A stretch of DNA of 64,000 bases. Source: Rhodoglobus sp. Its GTDB lineage: Bacteria > Actinomycetota > Actinomycetes > Actinomycetales > Microbacteriaceae. This document shows, piece after piece, positions 29,429-37,938 of this stretch; the stretch's first letter is position 1; every line of letters begins with the position of its first letter. The notes beneath the pieces are model-generated. The model did not search any database and was not told the DNA's origin. It saw only the letters and a list, made by a program, of their open reading frames with translations. The DNA lies in assembly GCA_025464445.1 (NCBI GenBank), contig JAODLY010000013.1:26188-90187 (forward strand). Direction: 5' to 3'. Both the position numbers and the translations under genes were made by a program.

Positions 29429-30421
29429 CTAAGGCCGCCGGGCTGAGTCCTCAGCCGCGTCCGCGAACGGGGTTTCGATGGTGAGCTGCGGGTTGTTCCT
29501 CGACAGCGAGATAACCCCCCAGATCGCGGCCGCGGCGGCGAGCACGAACGCGACGATCGCCCAGATGGGCGCCCCAGCCGCCTCACCGAGCACGACGATT
29601 CCTATCGAGACAGCCACGAGCGGGTCGATGACCGTCAGCCCGGCGACGACGATATCGGGCGGATTCGACGAATGCGCGGTCTGCACGAAGTAGGTGCCAA
29701 GCAGTCCCGCCGCGACAAGACCCCCGAGGCAGACGATCGTCAGGATGTCTGTCGCATCGATCTGGAAATCGCCGACAGCTATCGTCTTGACCCTGTCGAT
29801 GACGACTTTGGCCAGCGTCACGACGAAACCGAAGAGCACGCCTGCTGCGATGACGTAGAAGATCGGGCGAGGTTTGCGCTTGCGCATGAGCACGAACAGG
29901 GTGATGAAGACGCTCAGCACGACCACGAGAAGCACCAGCACGGTGATGAGCTGGGTGGCCGTGATCGGATGCGACTGGCCCACGAACGCCGCGATCGTCA
30001 CGAACGCGCCGACACCGAGCACACAGATGAGGATCGACCTGATGTCGACCCGATCGAGCGGCACCTTCGTGACCCGGGAGTTGACGATCGCGGTGATGAC
30101 GAGGGCAACCGCACCGAGCGGCTGCACGACGATGAGGGGCGCGAAGCTCAGGCTCGTGAGTTGCAACACGATGGCGACCGCAAGCAGCAGGGTGCCGATC
30201 ACCCACGACGGCCTGGCAACGAGCGCCCGCAACTGGCGCAGGCTGAGGCCGGTTTTCGTCTGGCCTGCGGATGCCGCGTTGACGAGCGTCACTCCGCGGT
30301 GCTGGAACTGCGTGCCGAGGGCGAGGATCACCGCAGCAACCACTGCCAACGAGATCCCGATCCAGGAGGTCGTCGGAAGATTGGTCAGCTGGTTGCTGAG
30401 GTCGTTCAGGTCCGGCGGCAC
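29429..30421 (-). CDS. DMT-superfamily (NIPA-like) integral membrane protein
   Basis: The 330-aa ORF has about 9 hydrophobic segments and an LQLTSLSFAPLIVVQPLGAVALVITAI motif reminiscent of NIPA/DMT transporters. The family call is tentative. Confidence 0.6.
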   Translation of the reverse strand: MPPDLNDLSNQLTNLPTTSWIGISLAVVAAVILALGTQFQHRGVTLVNAASAGQTKTGLSLRQLRALVARPSWVIGTLLLAVAIVLQLTSLSFAPLIVVQPLGAVALVITAIVNSRVTKVPLDRVDIRSILICVLGVGAFVTIAAFVGQSHPITATQLITVLVLLVVVLSVFITLFVLMRKRKPRPIFYVIAAGVLFGFVVTLAKVVIDRVKTIAVGDFQIDATDILTIVCLGGLVAAGLLGTYFVQTAHSSNPPDIVVAGLTVIDPLVAVSIGIVVLGEAAGAPIWAIVAFVLAAAAAIWGVISLSRNNPQLTIETPFADAAEDSARRP

Positions 30422-30461
30422 CCGTTGAATCTACCCGTTTCCGGGCCGATATTCTGGGTGA

Positions 30462-31028
30462 ATGGCCGTTCTCCCGATCCTCATCACCGGTGAACCGGTG
30501 TTGCACCACACGGCCGAGCCCGTGACAGCTTTCGACAGGACGCTCGAGCGCCTCGTGTCCGACATGTTCGAGACCATGAAGGTGGCACCGGGCGTCGGTC
30601 TCGCGGCACCGCAGGTGGGCGTGCCGTTGCGGCTCTTCGTCTACAACTGGACGGACGATGCGGAGGTGCTCCATCGCGGGGTCGCGATCAACCCACAGCT
30701 CTGGCTCAGCCCCACACCGGTCGGCGAGCCGGATGAGGATGACGAGTCGGAGGGCTGCCTTTCGTTGCCCGGCGAACGGTTTCCCCTGCGCCGCGCGCAA
30801 CTCGCGACCCTGAGGGCCGTCGACCTTGCACAGAAGCCGTTCGAGGTGAGGGCGGAAGGGTGGCTCGCCAGGATCTTCCAGCACGAATACGACCACCTCG
30901 ACGGCATCCTGTACGCCGACCGCCTCGACGCGGAGTACGCCAAGGCGGCGAAGAAGGCTGTCCGCAAGCGCAACTGGGGTGACCCGGGGCTCTCGTGGTT
31001 ACCGGGCGAAGAGCACCTGGAAGACTAG
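30462..31028 (+). CDS. def: peptide deformylase
   Basis: All three deformylase motifs are present: GVGLAAPQVG, EGCLSLPG and QHEYDHLDG. Confidence 0.95.
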   Translation: MAVLPILITGEPVLHHTAEPVTAFDRTLERLVSDMFETMKVAPGVGLAAPQVGVPLRLFVYNWTDDAEVLHRGVAINPQLWLSPTPVGEPDEDDESEGCLSLPGERFPLRRAQLATLRAVDLAQKPFEVRAEGWLARIFQHEYDHLDGILYADRLDAEYAKAAKKAVRKRNWGDPGLSWLPGEEHLED

Positions 31029-31061
31029 GCGGCTGCCCCTCAGGTGAGCAGCCGGCCCCGC

Positions 31062-31367
31062 TTAGGTAAGGAGCCGGATCAGCGCGGCGGTTGCCGCCGC
31101 GGCGATCACGACGAGGATGAACGGCACCCGCAGTGCGAGCAGCCCGGCCGCGACGACCACGGCCGGTATTCGCGCATCGATCACTATGTGCGAGCCCGCG
31201 CCGAGCGTCTGCACGACGATGAGGGCGGCGAGCAGCGCGACGGTAGTGAGGTTTGCGATGCGCGCCGGACGTGGCCGCTGCAGCACCGAAGGCGGCACCA
31301 GATAGCCGACGAGCTTGAGTGCGAACACCGCTATCGACGCGAGGATGATTACCTGCCAGGTGTTCAT
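31062..31367 (-). CDS. azlD: AzlD-family branched-chain amino acid transport protein
   Basis: The 101-aa hydrophobic protein starts MNTWQVIILASIAVFALKLVGYLVP. Its ATG overlaps the azlC stop (ATGA). Confidence 0.8.
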   Translation of the reverse strand: MNTWQVIILASIAVFALKLVGYLVPPSVLQRPRPARIANLTTVALLAALIVVQTLGAGSHIVIDARIPAVVVAAGLLALRVPFILVVIAAAATAALIRLLT

Positions 31368-32065
31368 GCGACTGGCTCTTTTCGGCCGAACCAGTTCGTC
31401 ATCCCGACGACGACCGCAACGATGGCCGCCGCGAGCACCGGGATGCCCGGCGGGAGCGTCGGCGTGAGCACCGCCGCCACGACGGCTGCCCCGACTGCCA
31501 CAGCGATCGGCTGCAGTGAGGAGAGCCTGGGCCACAGGAGCCCGAGGAATGCGGCGGCGGCAGCGGCATCCAGCCCGTATTGGCTGACGTCGCCGAGCAG
31601 GTTGCCGATCAGGGCGCCGATGAGGGTCGTGAGGTTCCAGCCGACGTAGATGATCACGCCGGTCCACCAGAAGCCGGCACGCTGGCCCTCTGGCGTGGGT
31701 TGGGCGATTGACACTGCAGTCGTCTCGTCGATCGTCCACTGGGCCGCGAGCAGGGTGCGCGGCCGCCTGCCGCCCACTACCGGTGCCATGCGGATGGCGT
31801 AGAGCGAGTTGCGCACCCCGAGCAGGGTTCCGCTCGCTATCGCGGCAAGACCGGCGGAGGCGCCGCCGGAGGCGAGCACCCCGATCACGGCGAACTGCGA
31901 GCCGCCGGAGAACATGAAGAGGCTCAGCGCGCAGGTTTGCCAGATGTCCAGGCCGGCAGTCACCGCGAGGGCGCCGAAGGAGACCCCGTACGCGGAAACG
32001 GCGAGGCCGACGGCCAGGCTCGCCCGGATCGCCGCGCTGCGCTCGGGGCTGCGTACTGTGCCCAA
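31364..32065 (-). CDS. azlC: AzlC-family branched-chain amino acid permease component
   Basis: The sequence SLAVGLAVSAYGVSFGALAVTAGLDIWQTCALSLFMFSGGSQF matches AzlC. I propose a TTG start at 32065, 8 nt after GGGAGGGAG, so the start is uncertain. The long track ORF to 32452 overlaps the SHOCT gene and was trimmed. Confidence 0.78.
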   Translation of the reverse strand: MGTVRSPERSAAIRASLAVGLAVSAYGVSFGALAVTAGLDIWQTCALSLFMFSGGSQFAVIGVLASGGASAGLAAIASGTLLGVRNSLYAIRMAPVVGGRRPRTLLAAQWTIDETTAVSIAQPTPEGQRAGFWWTGVIIYVGWNLTTLIGALIGNLLGDVSQYGLDAAAAAAFLGLLWPRLSSLQPIAVAVGAAVVAAVLTPTLPPGIPVLAAAIVAVVVGMTNWFGRKEPVA

Positions 32066-32121
32066 ACGACGAATCTCCCTCCCGGCCGGGATGGCCAGAA
32101 GGGAGACTCTATCTGTTCGCG

Positions 32122-32439
32122 CTACTTCGCTGCGGGCGGCGTGAAGCCGTTGTTGGCGCGCAGCACCTCGAGGCGGGCGCGGTACTCCTTCTCGTCGATA
32201 TCGCCCTGCGCGAAGCGCTCGGCGAGGGTCGACTCGGCGCCGCGGGCGGCACCGCCGAAGTACGGGTGGCCATAGCCGCGACCATAGCCGGGGCCCCAGC
32301 CGCCGCGGGCCCAGCGGCGACGGCCGAGGGTGGCGAACAGCACGATGAGGATGATGAAGAACAGCGGGAAGAGCAAGAAGCCGAAGCCCCAGAAGAACGG
32401 GCCGCCCACGTGGGCGGCGAGAGCGAGCGATGAGAACAC
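32122..32439 (-). CDS. SHOCT-domain small membrane protein
   Basis: The protein has an N-terminal TM segment, a Gly/Arg/Tyr-rich linker and a C-terminal AERFAQGDIDEKEYRARLEVLR (SHOCT motif). Confidence 0.75.
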   Translation of the reverse strand: MFSSLALAAHVGGPFFWGFGFLLFPLFFIILIVLFATLGRRRWARGGWGPGYGRGYGHPYFGGAARGAESTLAERFAQGDIDEKEYRARLEVLRANNGFTPPAAK

Positions 32440-32532
32440 GGTTGATATCCATTCACTAAGGGTCCTGGTTGGACCGTTAGCACAAGCCTCATCCTTTGCC
32501 CCGGCGCGGGAATCTGCCCTGCGGCTGCACCT

Positions 32533-32554
32533 GGGCTACTGCGCGGGGAGTAGC
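32533..32554. promoter_or_regulatory. candidate NarL-type response-regulator site B (GGGCTACTGCGCGGGGAGTAGC)
   Basis: It shares GGGCTACTnCnCnGGGAGTA with site A at 34538-34558. It lies between the response-regulator stop and the SHOCT start. Confidence 0.35.
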
Positions 32555-32560
32555 TGGGCG

Positions 32561-33226
32561 CTATTCCGTACGCCCTGCAGTGACAAGGCCGGTCTCGTAC
32601 GCGATCACCACGAGCTGCACACGATCACGTGCGGCCAGTTTCGACATGATGCGCGAGACGTGGGTCTTGGCGGTGAGCGGGCTCAGGAAGAGCTCCTTGC
32701 CGATCTCGTCGTTCGTGAGTCCATGGCCGACGAGGGCGAGCACCTCGCGCTCCCGCTCCGTGATCGCCGTCAGCTGCGAGGCATCCGGGGCTTCACGCAA
32801 TTCGCCCGAAATGCGTTCGAGCAGGCGTCGCGTCACCCCCGGGCTCAGCAGTGCGTCACCGGCGGCGACGACCCGCACGGCGCGGATGAACTCGACGGGC
32901 TCGGTGTCTTTCACGAGGAACCCGCTCGCCCCCGCGCGAATCGCACGCCCGACGTATTCGTCGAGCTCGAATGTCGTGACGATGACGATGTGGGTGGTGG
33001 CCAGCTCCGGCTTCGACGCGATCTGCTCCGTCGCCCAGAGACCGTCACCATCGGGCATCCGGATGTCCATCAGCACCACATCGGGACGGGTCGCCACCAC
33101 GAGCGCGACGGCTTCGGCCCCGCTGCCGGCCTCCCCAACGATCTCGATGTCCGGCTCCGCCTCGAGCAGGCTGCGGAACCCGGCGCGGATGAGCTGCTGG
33201 TCGTCCGCAATAGCCACCCGGATCAT
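32561..33226 (-). CDS. response regulator, NarL/LuxR family
   Basis: The receiver domain reads IRVAIADDQQLIRAGF...VVLMDIRMPDGDG, and the C-terminal LuxR HTH reads LTEREREVLALVGHGLTNDEIGKELFLSPLTAKTHVSRIMSKL. Confidence 0.92.
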   Translation of the reverse strand: MIRVAIADDQQLIRAGFRSLLEAEPDIEIVGEAGSGAEAVALVVATRPDVVLMDIRMPDGDGLWATEQIASKPELATTHIVIVTTFELDEYVGRAIRAGASGFLVKDTEPVEFIRAVRVVAAGDALLSPGVTRRLLERISGELREAPDASQLTAITEREREVLALVGHGLTNDEIGKELFLSPLTAKTHVSRIMSKLAARDRVQLVVIAYETGLVTAGRTE

Positions 33227-34485
33227 TCGCGCTCTCCTGCCGTTTCATGCATCGGTATCCGCGCGGTCACGCGAAGGCCACCCTCGGGGGCGCGACCGGT
33301 TTCGAGGGTGCCGCCGAGCAGTTCGGCCCGCTCGCGCATGCCCAGTAGCCCGCGACCGCCCTGTGTTTGATCCGATTGCGGGTCTTTGCCGTCGAGCCCC
33401 CGCCCGTTGTCGGCGACGTTCACCACCAGGTCGTCGCCGTCCCGCGCGATGTCGACTGTCGCCTTCGTGGCGTGCGCGTGCCTGACCACATTCGTGAGTG
33501 ACTCCTGCACGATGCGGTAGATGGCCAGCTGCACCGCCTTGGGCGCGGCATCCACGGTGTTCGACAGCGTCACCTCGACCCCCTGCGACGTGACGGATGC
33601 TGCGAGCCCCGCCAGCCGCGACAGGTCGGGCTCGGGTACCAAGGGGGCGCTCGGATCTTGCCCACCCTCCGCGCGAAGCACGCCGAGCACCGAGCGCACC
33701 TCGTCGAGGGCGGTCTTCGAGGTCTCTTTGATGTTCGCGAGGGCCTCAGCCGCCTTCTCGGGCTGCTTGTCCATGAGGTGGAGGCCGACACTTGCCTGCA
33801 CGTTGATCTGGCTCAGCGAATGCGCGAGCACGTCATGCAATTCACGGGCGATGCGCACACGCTCGGCCTGCACCTCCGACAGCTTGCGCTGGGCGAAAGC
33901 CTGGCGATACTTCTCGTAGTTCTCCCTGCGGGAACGCACAGCCTCGCCGACACCGAACACCACGAGGATGCCCAGTGTGGTGACGGCGATCCGGGCCGGA
34001 TGCCAGTCAAGGCCGAGGATCAGGCCGATCGTGACCGTGCCGATCCAGCACGCGCCCACCGAGATCCAGGCCCAGATTCGGGCGCCGCGCGCAATGGCGA
34101 GGACTATGGCGAACGCGAGTGCGACGTATGGCGGGCCCTGCGAGGCGTCGGCGAGGAAGAAGTCGACGCACGCCGCGAGTGACACGAATGCGACGACAGG
34201 GCCGGGAAAGCGGCGCACCAACAGCAGCGCGAGCGGGCCGACAAGGGCGAGGATGACGCTCAGCCACGAGGTGTTCGATGGGGACCGCACGAGCCAGTAC
34301 ATGCTCGCGGGCAGCTGGAGGATGAGCGAGACGATAACGGGGATCACGATGCGGGCGGCCCGCGACATCCTGAACGGTCGAGGCGGACGCATTGCCATCT
34401 GTTCGAGGATGCGCTCCTCACGCCACTGCTGGTCGTGCCACCGGGCGAAGCGGCCGCCAGCGCGCACGGGACCTGGGTATGGCAT
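33223..34485 (-). CDS. sensor histidine kinase (HisKA_3 type, multi-TM N-terminus)
   Basis: The H-box reads RIARELHDVLAHSLSQINVQA, and the HATPase region reads VADNGRGL...GRGLLGMRERAELLGG. It has a 4-nt overlap with the response regulator gene. Confidence 0.9.
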   Translation of the reverse strand: MPYPGPVRAGGRFARWHDQQWREERILEQMAMRPPRPFRMSRAARIVIPVIVSLILQLPASMYWLVRSPSNTSWLSVILALVGPLALLLVRRFPGPVVAFVSLAACVDFFLADASQGPPYVALAFAIVLAIARGARIWAWISVGACWIGTVTIGLILGLDWHPARIAVTTLGILVVFGVGEAVRSRRENYEKYRQAFAQRKLSEVQAERVRIARELHDVLAHSLSQINVQASVGLHLMDKQPEKAAEALANIKETSKTALDEVRSVLGVLRAEGGQDPSAPLVPEPDLSRLAGLAASVTSQGVEVTLSNTVDAAPKAVQLAIYRIVQESLTNVVRHAHATKATVDIARDGDDLVVNVADNGRGLDGKDPQSDQTQGGRGLLGMRERAELLGGTLETGRAPEGGLRVTARIPMHETAGERE

Positions 34486-34537
34486 GTTCCGATGCTAGGC
34501 CCATGCCTCTCGGGGGGCATCGGCTCGTGGGCGTGCC

Positions 34538-34558
34538 GGGGCTACTCCCCCGGGAGTA
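34538..34558. promoter_or_regulatory. candidate NarL-type 7-2-7 site A (TACTCCC-CC-GGGAGTA) upstream of the kinase gene
   Basis: Read directly from the sequence at 34543-34558, 58-73 nt upstream of the kinase start. The half-site TACTCCC matches 6 of 7 positions of the NarL heptamer consensus TACYYMT. Confidence 0.4.
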
Positions 34559-34582
34559 CAGCTGAGGGCAGAACGCGCAAGC

Positions 34583-34613
34583 AAAAAGGCCCAGACCGTG
34601 GAGGGTCTGGGCC
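34583..34613 (-). terminator. intrinsic terminator downstream of tRNA-Asn
   Basis: The minus strand reads GGCCCAGACC-CTCCAC-GGTCTGGGCC followed by TTTTT. This is a 10-bp GC-rich stem with a T tract. Confidence 0.65.
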
Positions 34614-34617
34614 TTAG

Positions 34618-34690
34618 CTCCCCGACTTGGACTCGAACCAAGAACCTACGCATTAACAGTGCGTTGCTCTGCCAATTGAGCTATCGAGGA
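34618..34690 (-). tRNA. tRNA-Asn (anticodon GTT)
   Basis: The minus strand reads TCCTCGATAGCTCAATTGGCAGAGCAACGCACTGTTAATGCGTAGGTTCTTGGTTCGAGTCCAAGTCGGGGAG. It forms a cloverleaf with the anticodon loop CTGTTAA. CCA is not encoded. Confidence 0.95.
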
Positions 34691-34738
34691 TTGCTGGAAC
34701 AGCCTAGTCACTTTACCAAAGACTGCCCCGTCGCAAAA

Positions 34739-35734
34739 TCACGCGGAGGCACGCAGCAGGTAGCTCGGCGAAGGCACAGCTATCGGGTCGGCGATCAGCA
34801 CGGGCATCCCGTCGGCGCCGAGCCTGAAGCTGGCTATCGAGCTCGAATGCTCATTCGCCACGTGCAGCACGTCCCCGTCGATGACCTGGTGCCTGGGCCA
34901 GTCGCCCTCGCTGGAGACCCAGCCGACCTGCTCGACCGATGCACCGTCGGCACCGGCGTGCAGCACCGAGATTCGCTGGCCGCCGCGCAGCCCCACGTAC
35001 ACGAAGCCACCCGGACCGAAGCTGATGCCCGCGGCGTGATCGCCTTCCACGAAGCCGGGAAGACCCGCGGATGCCACCGCACGAAGCCCCCCGTCGCGCC
35101 ACTCGAACACCAGCAACTCGCCGCCGAGCTCACCGACCACGTAGAGCAGGCCGGAGGAATGCCGCGCGATGTCCCTCGGCCCCGTGCCCGCCGCCAGCGC
35201 CACGGACGAGTGCGGCTGCAGCCGCGCCTCACTCACCGTGTGCACGTCGATCCTGTCGGCGCCGAGGTCGAGGCTGAGCAGCGCGTCGTCCGCGACCGCG
35301 AAGCTCGCGTGGGCGTGGGGTCCGTCCTGTTCCGGTCGGGGGCCGGAACCTTCGTGCTGCACGACCTGGGCGAGGCCCGCGACCGCGCCGGCGGCATCCA
35401 GGGTGACGACGCCGAGGGAGCCGTTGAAGTAGTTCGCGGCGACGAGCGCGTCTCCGGCGAAGGCGAGGTGGCAGGGCCATTTGCCGCCGGACTCCGCACC
35501 GCCGTCGCGCTCGAGGGCCCGGCCGGAGCGGCGGAATGACTCGACCCGGCCCGCGCCCTCCAGCGCGGCGTAGACGTGATCGCCCCGGCCGACAAGAAAC
35601 GACGGTGACTCGACCTCGACGACAAGCCCGGCGAGTTCGAGTGAGCCGCTGGCCGTCGTGTTCAACCGGTAGATGCCGCCGCCTGTGCCATTCATGTCGG
35701 GGCCGTAGCCGCCGACCCACCAGGTCGCGCTCAA
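34739..35734 (-). CDS. lactonase-family beta-propeller protein (6-phosphogluconolactonase-like, cycloisomerase 2 family)
   Basis: The 331-aa ORF has a repetitive beta-propeller-like pattern, starting WWVGGYGPDMNGTGGGIYRL. It is the last gene of the operon and overlaps the upstream gene by 4 nt. Confidence 0.75.
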   Translation of the reverse strand: MSATWWVGGYGPDMNGTGGGIYRLNTTASGSLELAGLVVEVESPSFLVGRGDHVYAALEGAGRVESFRRSGRALERDGGAESGGKWPCHLAFAGDALVAANYFNGSLGVVTLDAAGAVAGLAQVVQHEGSGPRPEQDGPHAHASFAVADDALLSLDLGADRIDVHTVSEARLQPHSSVALAAGTGPRDIARHSSGLLYVVGELGGELLVFEWRDGGLRAVASAGLPGFVEGDHAAGISFGPGGFVYVGLRGGQRISVLHAGADGASVEQVGWVSSEGDWPRHQVIDGDVLHVANEHSSSIASFRLGADGMPVLIADPIAVPSPSYLLRASA

Positions 35735-36738
35735 TAGCCCGCCGCCGGGTCGACGACGCCGATGAATGCCCCGTCACCGAGCAGCGCTTCAACGTTGAGC
35801 CGCAGCCGCTCGGCCAGTAGCGGTTCCACCATCTCCTGCGTGTCTGCGGCGTGCGATGTCACCAGGCAGCGCGGCGCGCTCCAGAGCGGATGCCCGTCCG
35901 GCAGTGGCTCCGGATCGGTCACGTCGAGCCCGGCTCCCGCCAGGTGGCCGGCGCCCAGGGCCGTCGCGAGCGCGGCGGAGTCCACGAGGCTGCCGCGAGC
36001 GATGTTCACGAGCGCGGCGCTCGGCTTCATCGCCGCGAGCTCCCTGGCGCCGATGAGCCTGGCCGTGGACTCGATCGCCGCGGCGGCCACGATCACGACG
36101 TCGGCATCCGGCAGCACGTCGAGCAACTCGGCAGCGGTCACCGTGCGGTCGGCACCCGGCAGGTCGCCCGGGGTGCGGCGCACGATGGTGACCGACACCT
36201 CGAACGGTGCCAGGAGGCGCATGAGCTCGACGGCGATGCCGCCTGCGCCGATTATCACGACGTTACGCCCGTACAGCGAGATTCCCTCTTTGGCGTACGC
36301 CCAGGTTCTCGACCTGCTCTTCTCCGGCAGGCCGCGCAACACCGCGAGGGTGAGGGCGAGCGCGTGTTCGGCGACCGGCTCGGAATAGGCGCCCTTCGCG
36401 CTCGTCCACACCGGCGTCTCGTCGCCGGCGAACTCGGCGAGCACCTCGGCGAAGCCGTCGACTCCCGCCCAGGGAAGCTGCACCCAGCCGATTGCGGGGT
36501 TCGCCCGCAGGATGGTGGTGAGCTCGGCAGACTCCCCGTCGGAAAGCCAGAGGATGCCGCGGGTCTGCGCCGAGAGCGGTGCGACCACTCCCCCGCCCGC
36601 CTCGATCGCCCGCACGTAGATCGCGCGCGGCTCAGGCAGGATCGCTATCGGCCCCGGCTGCGGACGGCGCGACGCGGCGACGGGCGTGCCGGTGCCCGCG
36701 AGTGGGTCCCTGTGCTGCCCGGGTGCCCTCGCTGTCAT
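35731..36738 (-). CDS. D-isomer-specific 2-hydroxyacid dehydrogenase family, NAD-binding
   Basis: The Rossmann motif VVIIGAGGIAVEL is present, followed by NIARGSLVD and a C-terminal TSHAAD. The ATG at 36738 overlaps the tfoX-like stop (ATGA). Confidence 0.85.
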   Translation of the reverse strand: MTARAPGQHRDPLAGTGTPVAASRRPQPGPIAILPEPRAIYVRAIEAGGGVVAPLSAQTRGILWLSDGESAELTTILRANPAIGWVQLPWAGVDGFAEVLAEFAGDETPVWTSAKGAYSEPVAEHALALTLAVLRGLPEKSRSRTWAYAKEGISLYGRNVVIIGAGGIAVELMRLLAPFEVSVTIVRRTPGDLPGADRTVTAAELLDVLPDADVVIVAAAAIESTARLIGARELAAMKPSAALVNIARGSLVDSAALATALGAGHLAGAGLDVTDPEPLPDGHPLWSAPRCLVTSHAADTQEMVEPLLAERLRLNVEALLGDGAFIGVVDPAAGY

Positions 36739-37097
36739 ACGCCGCCCCCGCCGGATGACGGCCGCGGCCGCTTCGCTGTCGTCTTCTTCGGCGCGGGAAC
36801 GGGCAGGGCGTCGGCCGTCGCCTGGATCGCCGTGTGCAGCCATTCGCGATGCTCGAGCAGGTCGCCCGGCACGCTGTGGTAGTCCTTCGAGCCGGGGTAC
36901 GCGGGCGCCATCACCGTGCCTTCCAACACCGCCGGGTCCACGGGCGAAGGTTTAATGAACAGGGTGTCGTCGCAGATGAAACCGACAACCTTGTTGTCGC
37001 AATAGATTCCGTACTCGCCGAACATGCGGGTAGTGCGGATGTCGAGCCCGTCGAGCTGGTCTTCGATGTAGGCGACTGTCTCTTTGCTAGTAGACAC
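36735..37097 (-). CDS. TfoX/Sxy N-terminal-domain family protein
   Basis: The sequence TVAYIEDQLDGLDIRTTRMFGEYGIYCDNKVVGFICDDTLFIK is a typical TfoX_N pattern. Confidence 0.75.
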   Translation of the reverse strand: MSTSKETVAYIEDQLDGLDIRTTRMFGEYGIYCDNKVVGFICDDTLFIKPSPVDPAVLEGTVMAPAYPGSKDYHSVPGDLLEHREWLHTAIQATADALPVPAPKKTTAKRPRPSSGGGGV

Positions 37098-37938
37098 TCT
37101 GCTCCTTGCTGATAGAAACCTGGCCGCCCTTCAGGTGATCCAGCGAGTGGGCAAGGCCCGTGACGTACGGATGCCGCGGATCCGCGAGAACCTCTTCGAC
37201 ATCCCCGATGCCGACGATCATGCCGCCATGCATGATCGCCACCCTGTCGCTGATGCGGCGCACCTCGCCGAGGTCGGCCGTGACCACAAGCGCCGAGAAG
37301 GCGTGCTCTTTCTGCATGGACACGATGATGTCGAGAATCGCGGAGCGAACTGTCACGTCGATGCCGGCAGTGGGGTCGTCGGCGATGAGCACCCGCGGCT
37401 GCAGGATCATCGCCCTCGCGATGGCTACCCGCTGCCGCTGGCCTTTGCTGAGTTCGTGCGGATACATGTTCATCATGCCGAGCGGTAACCGCACCGAGTC
37501 GACGAGTGTGGCCACCGCCTGCCCCGCTTCGTCCTGGTCGAATCGCCTGTCACGCGAGAATATCGGCTCCGCGATGTTCTCCCCGACGGTCAGGCGCGGC
37601 TCGAGATAGTCACCCGCCTCCTGTGGCAGGTATCCGACATAGAGGCTGAGCCGGCTGCGCCTGTGGTTCGAGATGCCGCGCACCCTCGTGCCCAGCACCG
37701 AGACCGAACCTCCGGTGATGCCTGGGGATGGCTCCCCCGGCAGGTCCGCCTGCAACGCGATAGCTTTCGCGAGTGTGCTCTTGCCCGACCCCGTTTCACC
37801 GACCACGGCGAGCACCTCGCCCGGGGCGATGTCGAAACTTACGCCATTGACCGCGATCGAGCGGGTCTCCGGGTTGCGGGACGGGTAGCGCAGCGAGAGG
37901 TCGCGCACGCTGACAGCAGGCAGTTGCACGTCAGTCAT
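37087..37938 (-). CDS. ABC-type ATP-binding protein with degenerate catalytic motifs (third NBD of the operon)
   Basis: Walker A GETGSGKST is intact. The signature is LSKGQ (canonical LSGGQ), Walker B is LIADDPT (canonical DEPT) and the H-loop is VVTADL (canonical xSHD/THN). Confidence 0.85.
   Translation of the reverse strand: MTDVQLPAVSVRDLSLRYPSRNPETRSIAVNGVSFDIAPGEVLAVVGETGSGKSTLAKAIALQADLPGEPSPGITGGSVSVLGTRVRGISNHRRSRLSLYVGYLPQEAGDYLEPRLTVGENIAEPIFSRDRRFDQDEAGQAVATLVDSVRLPLGMMNMYPHELSKGQRQRVAIARAMILQPRVLIADDPTAGIDVTVRSAILDIIVSMQKEHAFSALVVTADLGEVRRISDRVAIMHGGMIVGIGDVEEVLADPRHPYVTGLAHSLDHLKGGQVSISKEQSVY

Noticed and set aside
31364-32452. 362-aa extent of the azlC ORF, and the 225-aa extent of the azlD ORF (31062..31739)
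   Set aside because: The upstream parts are Arg/Pro-rich and overlap the well-supported SHOCT gene or azlC itself. I trimmed them to starts that give typical AzlC (233 aa) and AzlD (101 aa) lengths with RBS or overlap coupling.
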